This document shows, one piece after another, positions 1-12,904 of a stretch of DNA of 52,917 nt. Source of the DNA: Chiloscyllium plagiosum. Its lineage: Eukaryota. The notes beneath the pieces are model-generated. The model searched no databases. It saw nothing but the letters and a program-made list of their open reading frames with translations, and was not told where the DNA came from. Where the stretch lies: the NCBI RefSeq assembly GCF_004010195.1, contig NC_057722.1, positions 5,726,571 through 5,779,487 of the forward strand, written 5' to 3'. Made by a program: the position numbers and the translations under genes. Within the stretch, counting starts at the first letter, position 1, and every line of letters starts with the position of its first letter.

Positions 1-250
1 CACCCCCACTCCGGCCTATCACCCTCACCTTCACCTCCTTCCAGCTATCACATTTCCAACGCCCCTCCCCCAAGTCCCTCCTCCCTACCTTTTATCTTAG
101 CCTGCTGGACATACTTTCCTCATTCCTGAAGAAGGGCTCATGCCCGAAACGTCGATTCTCCTTCTCCTGGGATGCTGCCTGACCTGCTGCGCTTTTCCAG
201 CAACACATTTTCAGCTCTGACCTCCAGCAACTGCAGTCCTCACTTTCACC
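1..250 (+). mobile_element. Penelope-like element 3' end/pLTR with hammerhead motif
   Basis: CTGAAGAAGGGCTCATGCCCGAAACGTC at 126-153, followed by the GATGCTGCCTGACCTGCTG tail that recurs across the window. Confidence 0.7.
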
Positions 251-254
251 CCTA

Positions 255-1545
255 AAATAGGGCAACATCAACATGGTGTCATGAAGGGGAGGTCATACCT
301 GACAAATCTGCTAGAATTCGTTGAAAGAGTAATGAGCAAGTTAGACCAAGGAGAACCAATGGATGTTATCTACCTAGACTTCAAGAAGGCCTTTGACAAG
401 GTGCTGCACAGGAGGCTACTTAGTAAGATAAGGACCCATGTGTCAGAGGCAAGGTGCTAGCATAGATAGAAGCTTGGCTGTCTGACAGAAGGCAGAGAGT
501 GGGGAAAAAAGGGTCCTTCTCCGTGTGGCAGTTGGTGACAAGTGGTGTTCCGCAAGGCTCAATGTTGGGACAATGACTTTTCACTTTATACATTAACGAT
601 TTAGATGAAGGAACTGAGGGCATTCTGGCTAAATTTGCAGATGGTGCAAAGATAAGGAGAGGGACCGGTAGTGTTGAGGAGGTGGGGAGGCTGCTGAAGG
701 ATTTGGACAGGTTAGGAGAGTGGGCAAAGAGGTGGCAGTTGGAGTACAACATGGGAAAGTGTGAGGTCATGCACTTTGGTAGGAAGAATAGAGGCATAGA
801 CTATTTTCTAAATGGAGAGAAAATTCAGAAGCTGAAGTCCAGGTTTCTCTCAAAGTAAATTTGCAGGTTGAGTCAGTAGTTAGGAAGGCAAAGCAATGAT
901 GGCATTTAGTTTGAGGGGACTCGAATATAAAAGCAGGGATGTACTTCTGAGGCTCTATAAGGGTCTGGTCAGGCCACATTTAGAGTATTGTGCACAGTTT
1001 TGGGCCCCATCTGTCAGGAAGGATGTACTGACCCTGGAGCATGTTCAGAGGAGGTTCACGAGAATGGTCCCAGGAATGAAAAGCTAAACATATGAGGAAC
1101 ATTTGAGGACTCTGGGTTTATACTCGATGGAGTTTAGAAGGATGAGGGGGGAATCCAATGGAAACTAACAGAATACTGAATGGCCTGGACTGAGCGGGTG
1201 TTGGGAGGATTGTTTCCATTGGTAGGAGATACTAGGACCTGAGGGCCCAGCCTTAGAGTAAAGGGGAAGACCTTTTTAGAATGGAGATAAGGAGAAACTT
1301 CTTCAGCCAGAGAGTGGTGAATCTGTGGAATTAATTGTCACAGAAGGCTGTGAAGGCCAGGCCACTGAGTATATTTAAGACGCCGATTAAAAAAGGTTCT
1401 TGAGTATCAAGGAGATCAAGGGTTAAGGGGAGCAGGCGGGAGAATGGGGTTGAGAACCTTATCAGCCATGATTGAGCTGCAGAGCAGACTCAATGGACTG
1501 AATGGCCTAATTTCTGCTCTTATGTCTGATGGTCTTATGGTCTTA
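255..1545 (+). mobile_element. CR1-clade LINE fragment (RT region to 3' end)
   Basis: Decayed RT: YLDFKKAFDKV, SGVPQGSMLG, KFADGAK, LVRPHLEYCAQFW. Confidence 0.9.
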
Positions 1546-1549
1546 AATT

Positions 1550-3345
1550 CATGCCAAGAAAGAAGGTTACTGATGGAAAGGTGACGCAATCCTAGCTGAC
1601 AAGGGAAGTCAGGGACAGTACAGAAACAAAAGCAAAAGCATACAATGTGGTGAAGATTAGAGGAAAGCTAGAGGATTGGGAAGCCTTAAAAGCCAGCAGA
1701 GGATACTGTAAAAAAACAATAAGGAAGGAGGAGCTGAAATATGAGATCGCAATTAAAGAAGATTGCACGAGTTTTTTTCAGACATTTAGAAGGTGAGAGC
1801 GAGGTAAGAGTGGACATTGGATCACTGGAAAATGAGGCTGGAGAAGTAATGATGGGAACAAATAAATGATGGGAGAACTAAACAGGTAATTTGCATCAGT
1901 TTTTACAGTGGAAAACACCAGCCGCATACCAGAACTTCAAGAGAGTCGGGGCTAGAGATGAGCGTAGTGGCCATCACTAAGGAGAAGGTGGTGCAGAAGT
2001 TGAAAGGTCTGAAGGTGGATAAATCACCCAGAACAGATGGACTACACCCCATGGTTCTGAAGGAGATAGCAGAGGAGATTGTAGATGCGTTGGTGGTGGT
2101 CTTTCAGCAATCACTGGAGTCTGGGAAGGTTCTGGAGGACTGGACATCCTTAGTGTATCATCCTTGTTTAAGAAGGAGGGAGGCAGAAGACAGGAAACTT
2201 CTGACCTCAGTCATTGGTAAGATTTTAGAGACCTTTATTAAGGATGCGTTTGTGGAGTAATTGGAAGCATGTGGATACATAGGGCTGAGTCAGCACTGCT
2301 TCATGAAGGGGTGGTCATGCCTAAAAATCTTGTTAGAGTGTGGTGCTGGAAAAGCACAGCAGGTTATGCAGCATCCAAGGAGCAGGAGAATCAATGTTTT
2401 GGGCATAAGCCCTTCATCAGGAATGAGGCTTGTGGGTTGGGGCTGAGAGATAAATGGGAGGGGGTGTGGTATTGGGGAAAATGGCTCAGAAAGCAATAGG
2501 TGGATGAATGTGAAGGAGAAGGTGATAGGTCAGAGAGAGGGGAATGATGGACAGGTCCGGAGGGTGGTGCCGAGTTGGAGGCTTGGGACTAGGATAATGT
2601 GAGAGGAAGGAAAATGAGTAAGCTGTTGAAATCCACATTTATCCCGTATGGTTGCAGGGTCCCAAGGCAGAATATGAGGCTTTCTTCATACCTTCACAAA
2701 CCTTGCAAAAAAGAGGCTTTCCTCCTCCAGGCATTGGGTGGTAATGGCTTGGTGGTGGAGGAGGCCTTGACAGAGTGGGAGGGGGAGTTGAAGTGTTCAG
2801 CCATAGGGCGGTGGGGTTGTGGGTATGGATGTTCCAGAGATATTCTCTGAAATGATCTGCAAGATGGCTTCCTGTCTCTCCGATGTAGAGGAGACCACAA
2901 CAGGTGCAACAGATACAGTAGATGACATTGGTAGAGGTACAGGTAAAGAGCTAGACGCAAGAGTAGAGATTTACGGCTGAGGCTGAATAAACCTCTGGTC
3001 AGACCGCATTTGGAATATTGTGAATGGTTTTGGGCCCGTAAGGAATGATGTGCTGGCATTGGAGGGGTTCCAGAGGAGGTTTACAATATCGAACCCAGGG
3101 ATGAAAGGCTTGACGTAGGAGGTTCAGTTGAGGACTTGGGGTCTGTACGCGATGGAGTTTAGAAGGATGAGGGGGGAATGAAACTTAGTAATGAAACTGC
3201 CTGGACAGAATGAACATGGAGAAGGTGTTTCCACTAGGAAGAGAGATTGGACCTGAGGGCACAGCATCAGATTGAAGGGACAATCCTTTAGAAGGGAGAT
3301 GAGGAGGAATTTCTTCAGGTGGTGAATCATTGCTAGAAACAGACA
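1550..3345 (+). mobile_element. CR1-clade LINE fragments interrupted by a Penelope piece
   Basis: LKVDKSPRTDGLHPMVLKE; second part LVRPHLEYC from ~2950. Confidence 0.8.
2336..2945 (-). mobile_element. Penelope-like element 3' fragment
   Basis: Reverse copy of the hammerhead/pLTR tail at 2336-2425. The GIY-YIG-like LYIGE region reads on the minus strand near 2870-2900. Confidence 0.7.
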
Positions 3346-3354
3346 GGTTCTTAG

Positions 3355-5640
3355 ATCATAAGACCATAAGGCATAGGAGTGGAAGCAAGGCCATTCAGTC
3401 CATCGAGTCCACTCTGCCATGTAATCATGGCTGATGGCTATTTCAATTCCACTTACCCACACTCTCTCCATAGCCCTTAATTCCTCGCAAGATCAAGGAT
3501 TTATCAGTCCCTGCCTTGAAGACATTTGACGTTCCGGCCTCCACTGTGCTCCGTGGCAATGAATTCAACAGGCTCACCACTCTCTAGCTGAAGAAATGTC
3601 TCCTCATTTCTGTTCTAAATTGACCCCCCTCTAACTCTAAGGTCCTAGTCTCCCCATCTAATGGAAACAACTTCCCAGAGTCCACCCTTTCGAAGCCATG
3701 CATTATCTTGTAAGTTTCTATTAGATCTCCCCTCAACCTTCTAAACTCTAATGAGCACAATTCCAGCATCCTCAGCCGTTCATCGTATGTTAGGCCTACC
3801 ATTCCAGAGATCATCCATGTGAATGTCCGCTGGACACGCTCCAGTGCCAGTAGGTCCTTCCTGAGGTGTAGGGCCCAAAATTGGACACAGTATTCTAAAT
3901 GGGACCTAACTAGAGCTTTATAAAGTCTCAGAAGCTCATCGCTGCTTTTATATTCCAACCCTCTTGAGATAAGCGACAACGTTACACTCGCTTTCTTAAT
4001 CACTGACTCAACCTGCAAGATAACCTTTAGAGAATCCTGGACTAGCACTCCCAGACCTCTTTGTACTTTGACTTTATGAATTTTCTCACTGTTTAGAAAA
4101 ATAGTCCATGCCTGTATTCCTTTTTCCAAAATGCAAGACCTCACACTTGCTCACATTGAATTCCATCAGCCATTTCCTGGACCACTCTCCTAAACTGTCT
4201 AAATCTTTCTGCAGCCTCTCCACCTCCTCAGTACTACCTGCCTGTCCACCTAACTTTGTATCATTGGCGAACTTCGCTAGAATACCCCCAGTCCCTTCAT
4301 CCAGATCATTAATATATAATGTGAACAGCTGCGGCCCTAACACTGAACCCTGCGGGACACCGCTTGTCACCGGCTGCCATTCCGAAAAAGAACCTTTTAT
4401 CCCAACTCTCTGCCTTCTGTCAGACAGCCAATCCTCAATCCATGCCAGTAGCTCACCTCAAACACCATGGGCCCTCACCTTACTCAGCAGCCTCCCGTGT
4501 AGCACCTTATCAAAGGCCTTTTGGAAGTCTAGATAGACCACATCCACTGGGTTTCCCTGGTCTAATCTACTTGTCACCTCTTCAAAGAATTTCAACAGGT
4601 TTGTCAGGCACGACCTTCCCTTACTAAATCCATACAGGCTTGTTCTAATCCGACCCTACACTTGCAAGAATTTAGAAATTTCATCCTTGACAATGGATTC
4701 TAGAATTTTACCAACAACCGAGGTTAGGCTAATCGGCTTATAATTTTCCATCTTTTGTCTTGATCCTTTCTTGAACAACAGTGATTTTCCAACCATCTGG
4801 GACATTCCCTGAATCCAGTGATTTTTGAAAGATCATAGTCAGCGCCTCCGCTATTTCCTCAGCCACCTCTCTCAGAACTCTAGGATGTAGCACATCAAGG
4901 CCAGGAGATTTATCAATTTTTACATCTTTTAGCTTTTATAGCACTTTCTCTTTTGTAATGGCCATCATACTCAACATTGACCCCTGACTCTCCTTAACTG
5001 TTGGGATATTACTCATGTCTTCCACTGTGAAGACTGACACAAAGTGCTTATTAAGTTTAGATTAGATTAGATTACTTTTATTAGATTAGATTACTTACAG
5101 TGTGGAAACAGGCCCTTCGGCCCAACAAGTCCACACCGACCCGCCGAAGCGCAATCCACCCATACCCCTACATTTACCACTTATCTAACACTACAGGCAA
5201 TTTTAATGGCCAATTCACCTAACCTGCACATTTTTGGACTGTGGGAGGAAACCGGAGCACCCGGAGGAAACCCTCGCAGACACGGGGAGAATGTGCAAAC
5301 TCCACACAGTCAGTCGCCTGAGGCGGGAATTGAACCCGGGTCTCTGGCGCTGTGAGGTAGCAGTGCTAACCACTGTGCCACCGTTCTTCAGCTATTTCCT
5401 TATCTCCCATCACTAGGCTTCCAGCATCAATTTGGAGTGGCCCAATTTTTCCTTTTGCCTCTCATTTGTTTTTTATGTATTGAAAGAAACTTTCACTATA
5501 ATTTCTAATATTACTGGCTAGCCTACCTTCATATTTGATCCTCTCCTTCCTTATTTCTTTCTTTGTTATCCTTTGTTTTTGTAGCCTTCCCAATCTTCTG
5601 ATTTCCCAGTGCTCTTGGCCACTTTATAGGCTCTCTCTTT
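3355..5640 (-). mobile_element. CR1-clade LINE (RT) with nested HE1 SINE
   Basis: ORFs 4086-4370 (TSGVPQGSVLGPQLFTLYINDLD, KFANDTK) and 3584-4144. Confidence 0.9.
5057..5383 (-). mobile_element. HE1-type V-SINE
   Basis: tRNA-like head with B box GGTTCAATTCC, V-domain TGTGTGGAGTTTGCACATTCTCCCCGTGTC, (TCTAA)n tail. Confidence 0.9.
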
Positions 5641-6554
5641 TTCTTTGATATTTGATTCTTGATTAGTAATGGGATCAAGGGATACAGGAAGAAGGCGGGA
5701 GAATGAGGTTGAGAAACATTTCAGCTTTGATTAACTGACAGAGCAGACCTGACCAGCCAAATGGCCAAATTCTGCTCCGATATCTTATGGACTAATGGTC
5801 CTTTTCAATTATCATTGTCTTTTCTTTGACCTGGTCGTTCATTCCAATTGTCTTAAAAATCTTTTTAGTTTTTTTTTCTTAAGTCTACCTTAACAAGAAA
5901 CAATACAAACGGAGGGACAAGATTATTTCTCATATCTTTCATTTTTTTTTCTTCAATTGCCAAATTCTGAGTTCAAGCTGGGTGCCAGCCAAGCTTCAGC
6001 GTATGTGTACGTTTTGGGAGCTTCTTACAGAACATATTTTTTAAAACTGAAATTGAAAAGTAAAGCTCACCCTATTGTCAAACTTCTGTCCAAACTTTTG
6101 ACTTTTTCTCAAATCAATTATAAATCCTTGATGTTTGCAAACACACTGTTTTTAACTTGAACTTGAACGTATGATGTAGTCTCTTTGTATCAGTCATGGA
6201 ATCTCTGTCTGAATGCTTTCCAATTTTCACTGGGGCCCCTTTAATCTCACTGATGGCAAGGGGCTTCTGTTCAGTTGTAACCTCTTCTCAAATTATGCTG
6301 GATGACCAGGGTGTCCACCCTCGCTTCACTACATTGGAAAGGCAGAGCAGAAAGGTGAACATCTTCAACAATGCTCCCATACCAGCTGAAATCTCTCACA
6401 TTGTCCCAGCAAGTTTCAAAGCCATCTGACCTCTCTTTCCAAGGTTGCAGTCAAGATTATCTATTTCACTGATCGTTTCTGGGCAGTCTGGGCAAACGTC
6501 CTGGATAGTGGTGGTAGGAGAACCAGTGTTAATTGTTGACGGACTCCATTATCA

Positions 6555-6781
6555 ACTAGACGGAGGTGGGTACTGCAGATGCTGGAGACTGGAGTCAAGA
6601 TTAGAGTTGGCAAAGCACAGCAGGTCAGGCAGCATCCGAGGAGCAGGAAATTCAACATTTTGGGCAAAAGCCCTTCATCAGCAATTCCTGATGAAGGGCT
6701 TTTGCCCGAAACGCCGATTTTCCTGCTCCTCGGATGCTGCCTGACCTGCTGTGCTTTTCCAGCACCACTCCAATCCGCACC
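6555..6781. mobile_element. Palindromic Penelope-derived insert (two inverted hammerhead units)
   Basis: Inverted arms centred near 6684, flanked by direct CCATTATCA at 6546-6554 and 6782-6790. Confidence 0.75.
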
Positions 6782-7466
6782 CCATTATCATCAAATCAAC
6801 ACAACCATTGTATTGAAGAGAGGACAGCATCTCTCCCTGCGATTCCTGGAGGAATCACAACAGACTTTGGCATGTTTGCCTGGAGTTTTGGGTCACCACA
6901 CAGGCACCGGCTGAGTCTCCTGTTTGATCCTCTTGGCTCTGATTGCTGCTTCTACTCTCTGCAACCACTGTTAAACTGGGTCGAGACTCAGATGTACAGG
7001 AGGGAGAGAAGGTAGGATGTAACACTGGCGCTCCTTGTCAGGCTGTCCCATTTCCTGTTCACTGCAGCAATCCTAGGCGCAGCAACTCCCCAGATTTCAG
7101 TGGAAAGTGAATTTGGTTACATCTTCATTGCACAAGGCTTTTAAGTGCTCCAGCCTTCTGACTGGATAAGGAGCTCTCCACAGCTGCTATGTGAGCATTT
7201 CCCCAACTCCTGCAAAGATTATTATTGAACCTGTCCCCAGGACGTGTTAGCATCACAGATCAACACATCCCAGACTATCATTTTACTGTGTGCACAGACA
7301 ATACACTACAGACTGATGACTGCATCCCTCACACATTTCTGTTTCCCATCTTAATTGAGTGTCTAAACTGTCATTTTCCCTTTGTAACTAGATCCCGAGC
7401 TGTGAATATTTTACTCAGAGGTAAGGCACACAGGAGGGTGCCATAGGCTACCTTTTAATGGAATTC

Positions 7467-7494
7467 CTGATGAAGGGCTTTTGCCCGAAACGTC
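7467..7494 (+). ncRNA. Minimal type I hammerhead ribozyme motif (Penelope-associated)
   Basis: CTGATGA-A-GGGC-TTTT-GCCC-GAAAC-GTC: intact core, 4-bp stem II, palindromic ACGT stem III. Confidence 0.7.
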
Positions 7495-7576
7495 GATTTT
7501 CCTGCTCCTTGGATGCTGCCTAACCTGCTGTGCTTTTCCAGCACCACTCTAATCTAGACTCTAATTTCCAGCATTC

Positions 7577-7940
7577 GCCTGAATAAACAAAAGTCTTTTC
7601 CCCAGGGTGAGGGAATCCAGAACTAGAGGGCATACGTTTAGGGCGAGAGGGATGATATAAAAGAGACCAATAAGATAGAAAAGAGATATATAAGATATAA
7701 AAGGGGCAACGTTTTCACACAGAAGGTGGTGCGTGTATGGAATGAGCTGCCAGAGGAAGTGGTGGAGGCTGGTACAATTGCAACATTTAAAAGGCATTCG
7801 GATGGATATATGAATAGGAAGTGTTTGGAGCGATATGGGCTGGGCGCTGGCAGGTGGGACTAGACTAGGTTGGGATATCTGGTTGGCATGGACGAGTTGG
7901 ACCAAAAGGTCTGTTTCCATGCTGTACATCTCTATGACAC
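7577..7940 (+). mobile_element. CR1/HER1 LINE 3' end
   Basis: GAACTAGAGGGCAT...GGAATGAGCTGCCAGAGGAAGTGGTGGAGGC...TCTGTTTCCATGCTGTACATCTCTATGAC. Confidence 0.8.
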
Positions 7941-9500
7941 TATAGCTTGCCCACCACCGAAGTCAGGCTCACCAGTCTATAGTTCCTTGACTTTTCCTTA
8001 CCACCCTTCTTAAACAGTGACACCACGTTAGCCAATCTCCAGTCTTCCAGCACCTCACCTGTGACTATCGATGATACAAATATCTCAGCAAGGGACCCAG
8101 CAATCACTTCTCTAGCTTCCCACAGAGTTCTGGGGTCTACCTGATCAGGTCCTGGGGATTTATCCATCTTTATGCATTTAGAACATCCAGCACCACCTCC
8201 TCTGAATATGAACATTTTTCAAGATGTTGCCCTCTTTCATGGCTTTCTACACAGTAAACACTGATGCAAAATACTCATTTAGTATCTCCCCCATCTCCTG
8301 CAGCCTTGCTGATCTTTGAGGGGCCCCATTCTCTCCCTAGTTACCCTTTTGTCCTTACATATGTTTGGAATCCTTTTGGATTCTCCTTAACTCTATTTGC
8401 CAATGCTATCTCATGTCCCGTTTTTGCCCTCCTGATTTCCCTCTTAAGTATACCCCTTTATACTCTTCTAAGGATTCACTCGATCTCTGCTGTTCATACC
8501 TGACATATGCTTTCTTCTTTTTCTTGACCAAACCCTCAATTTCTCTAGTCATCCAGCATTCCCTATACCTACCAGCCTCGCCTTTCACCCTGACAGGAAT
8601 ATACTTTTTCTGGACTCTCGTTATCTCATTTCTGAAGGCTTCCCATTTTCCAGCCGTCCCTTTACCTGCGAACATCTGCCCCCAATCAACTTATGAAAGT
8701 TCTTGCCTAATACCGTCATAATTAGCCTACCTCCAATTTAGAACTTCACCTTTTAGATCTGGTCTATCCTTTTCCATCACTATTTTAAACTAATAGAGTT
8801 ATGGTCACTGGCCCCCAAAGTGCTCCCCCACTGACACCTCAGTCACTTGCCCTGCCTTATTTCCCAAGAGTAGGTCACGTTTTGCACTTTCTCCAGTAGG
8901 TACATCCACATACTGAATCAGAAGTTTTTCTTGTACATAAGGAACAAATTTCATTCCATCTAAACCCTTAACAGTATGGCATTCCCAGTCTATGTTTGGA
9001 AAGTTAAAATCCCCTACCATAACCACCCTATTATTCTTACAGATAGCCGAGATCTCCTTTCAAATTTGTTTCTCAAATTCCTGCTGACTATTGGGGGGGT
9101 CTATAATAAAATCCCAATAAGGTGATCTCCCTTTCTTATTTCTCAGTTCCATCCAAACAAAATCCCTAGATGTATTCCCAGGAATATCCTCCCTAAGTAC
9201 AGCCATAATGCTGTATCAAAAATGCCACTCCTCTTCCTCTCTTGCCCCCTTTTTGTCCTTCCTTTGGAAATTGTATCCTGCAACATTAAGCTGCTAGTCC
9301 TGTCCATCCCTGAGGCATGTTTCTGTAATTGCTATGATAGCCCAGTCCCATGTTCCTAACCATGCCCTGGGTTCATCTGCCTTCCCTGTTAGGCCTCTTG
9401 CATTGAAATAAATTAAACCACATTTATCAGCCCTACCTTGTTCTCTGCTTTGTTCCTGCCTGCCCTGACTGTTAACTCGCTCCTTTCCCCATCTGTACCA
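7941..9500 (-). mobile_element. CR1-clade LINE fragment (APE endonuclease to linker)
   Basis: YFNARG, IAITET, MVGDFNFPNIDW, DKSPGPD motifs. Confidence 0.88.
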
Positions 9501-12365
9501 GTAGTATAGATACAATGCATGACTCAGTTAGAAAAGAAAGGAAACATATTATCCATGATAGATGAGAGCACTTTACCCAAGGCCATCCTACAGAATGGAG
9601 GAGCAGGGCAAGCAGTTTGGGGGGCAATGGAGCATCTGTCTTGCAGTCTTTGTTGGTAAGTCTTTATTCTTCCTTCAGTCTGACGTTCCCCTGGATCCTC
9701 TTTCCCCACCTCGTCCCACTGATGTACCTGATCATGACGGCAGGTGCTTGTGCTGGGTCAACCTGTGTGAAGTCCTTTTAACATTGACTCTCTGCACACC
9801 AGAATAACTGTTGCCCCTTTTAGTTTATTAATTTACAGGATTTGGCCATTGCTGGCTAGGCCTAGATTTATTGCCCAGCCCTAACAAATCAGCTGTTTTT
9901 CTGTAGATCTAAAGGCACATATAGACCAGACTGGTCAGGATGGTAGACTCTCCTCCCTAAAGGTCATTAGCCCACCTCCACGTGAGGCTTAGGAGTCTAA
10001 GAATGTATTTTCCCAAACAATATTTGAGAACAGAATATTTACAGTACCAGTAATTGTTAATGCATGCTTAATGAGGCTTCTTTACCTCAGTGCTTTTTGA
10101 CATTATTACCTTTTCCTTGGTCTCCTGCTGTTAATGACCTGTTTATATTTGAAGGTGAGATGCTACCATAACACAGAAAATACTGATTATGAAATAGTAG
10201 AAGAATTCAGTTTTAAAGAGGGGCCCTGATTTCCAACAAGATAGAGAAAGATATGCAGGAGAAGGGACTAGAAGGACAGATCTTGCTGAAGAGAAGCTGG
10301 AAAAGGCTGGTGTGGAGCATCAAGATGGCAATAGTTTGGCAGAGTGGTCTGTTTGTGTTATGACAACATTATAAATCTTGCAGTCTGCCATCCTACTTAG
10401 TGCATGCAATCGGTGTTTAAAGTGAGGTTTATTGTATGTCAACAGCGTTCAAAACCTCACTTCTCCATCCATCTTAATCTCAAAGCATTGACAACCAGTA
10501 CACATTCACAGAAATAAGACTGAAGTCAAACTGCTGGCAAGGTAAGGGTTTGACTAACCTCAATGATGTGGTCATGTTTCTGGTTATAGGATTGGTAGAG
10601 AGCCACGAGAGAACTGGCAGAGCCCCCAGCCCCCACAAGATTAGCAATTACCCCATGATGACTTTTCACACAGATCATACAGCAATCCCTGCAAATGATT
10701 GACTAAAACAAATTTATTTTTTTAAAAAAATCACAATTATAGAGAAACAAAAGTATACGCCATGTACACAAAAAATATCACAGATATCAGACACATTCAA
10801 GGCTCTTCTTCAGAATGAATTTCTTACATAGACTGATAAAGGTCAAGACTTGTTGACTTCTTCGTATGTGGATCTACATGTTGTGCTGGTCACGAGAGTT
10901 CAAGCTGTTCACGTATATATCACTCAGCTGGTAATGTATAACCTTTTATGGCAACATCCTTTCATGTCACAGATAGTAAACCATGCACATTAATCCAGTT
11001 CTCTTCAAGATGAGCGACTTTTGATAGGTTTGATGCAAGAATTAATTCGTCTTCAAGTTCAGATGTGAGACACTGAACAGTAATGAGAATTATTCCAGTG
11101 AGTGTTTGAAATCTAACAAGGATGCCTACTATTTATTACCTTGGAATGTATAGTTTGAGTCATAGAGACCAACTTGATGTATGCATTTAGAGTTTTAATG
11201 TACGTGGAACATTGCTTAAGAGACAGAAAGATGTGGTGCTACAGATTTATGTCTTGGAATCATCAGGACAGAAACAAGAATGCCACAGTTTCCTACTAAC
11301 AAAGTGCTGTGCTAAATCCAAAGAGTTCCTACTTATCAAACACAGTTGAGCAAGACTGTATGGATTTTAGTGTCACTGGAATGCCAGGAAAATAAGCCAC
11401 AGATTGGTGATTGGGTGACTGAATCAAACAGCATGTTCCTTTTGCTGCTCATAACAGGCAGAGAACAGATCGTACTCAACCAGCCTGCATTTACAAAGCT
11501 TAAAAATAAAACGTGTCAGAAACATGTGATTGGCCTGCAGGTGCTGAACAATCCCAATTGTACTAATAGTTATACTAACAACCAATGATGATAATCAATT
11601 GAGCTCATGTTGTGGCTGGTTAGAAGTGACAAATATTCATGCACAGGGCCTGTGCTCTACAAACATATTGTTCAAGCCTTGAGCCTATCAAATTATCTGG
11701 GGGAATAAGGAATCAATGTTTCCTATTGCTTTCTCATGGCAACACTCAACCACGCTACACCATTTCTCCAATAATATAAATTGCAGCTATCATTTGAAAT
11801 TTGGCTTTGTTCCATGTACTGATGAGACTTCTGTAATAGCAGAAGTCTCCCATTCAATTAGTGCTTCACATTCAATCTCTCAAAGAATTTGGGAATGAGC
11901 CCACTCTAATCAAACACACTGACAAATATGCAAGCTGCAGCTTTTTTTTTTGCAACTAATCTTTATTTCCAGATCTTATTTCTTTCTCTCCTATAGGAGT
12001 TCGATTTTCACCAATCCATTCACTTCAAATTCAGGAACATATTCACCAACATTAAATTACACATGAAGATATTAAATAAATACATGCATCCTGATTTGAA
12101 GCCAGACTGTTTCTAGCAGATACAGATTATGCCTGACTGGCCCTTTTAGGAGGATTGAAGTTTAGTTAAATAGCACGTAAACCACTAGAACCAAACCGGA
12201 TTTGGACATGCCTGGGCTGAAGGATTGATTACATCGTCAATAGGAACAGCGTGAGGAAAACCAACTTTTTGCAATATTGTAGGTTCAAATTTTTGTGACG
12301 AAGGCAATTTTGACAGAGAAACCGAACACAATGGTGGAATGCAGTGTATATCAGAGTTTTAACAA

Positions 12366-12904
12366 TCACTTCAGGACAGACAGGGACAGGGTCACTCCCA
12401 TTCGGACCCGCAGGGCTGGGTAGAGGGGCTCAGTGAATCTTCCATTGAAGGTGTGCAACAAGGTGAGTTCACTCCCTGGCACACTGTAGAAGGAGATTAT
12501 CCCACCTTCAAAATTGATATACACTCCAACTGTGGAGGGTTTCTCTGCCTTCACGGCAATTCTCCTGCCGTTGTGTAGACCTGATAAGGCATCCGGCCCA
12601 GAGTGGATGCACCATGATTTATCATTAAACCCCAGCAGACAGTCATTACCCTCTCCTTTCCTGTTGATACTCTTGTAGCACACTCCAATGCTCCAGGCCC
12701 CGTCGCCATCCTTCACCTGGATCTCCCAGTAAGACTGGCCATAACTCACACCCTTAGCACCAAGGATCTGGGGCCACCGGTCAAAGATTTGTGTACTTTT
12801 CGGAAACACCTGGATGTAATTCGATGCTGACACTGTTCTATTGTTGTCTGTCAGAACGAGGTATGGGTTTGCTGTATCTGGATCGAGAGTTGGTGATTGG
12901 CCAT
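12366..12904 (-). CDS. TRIM last exon: PRY/SPRY (B30.2)
   Basis: gacag|(Y)GQSPTLDPDTANPYLVL..QSYWEIQV..WSIGVCYKSI..VGVYINFEGGIISFY..FTEPLYPAL..LK*. LDP and YWE motifs of B30.2. Confidence 0.95.

Noticed and set aside
5300-5383. tRNA-like A/B boxes (also near 13860, 34260, 43830, 46075)
   Set aside because: These are SINE heads, not tRNA genes.
9524-9810. Minus-strand segment with VCRES resembling a B-box remnant
   Set aside because: No Cys/His spacing or splice support; frames close quickly.
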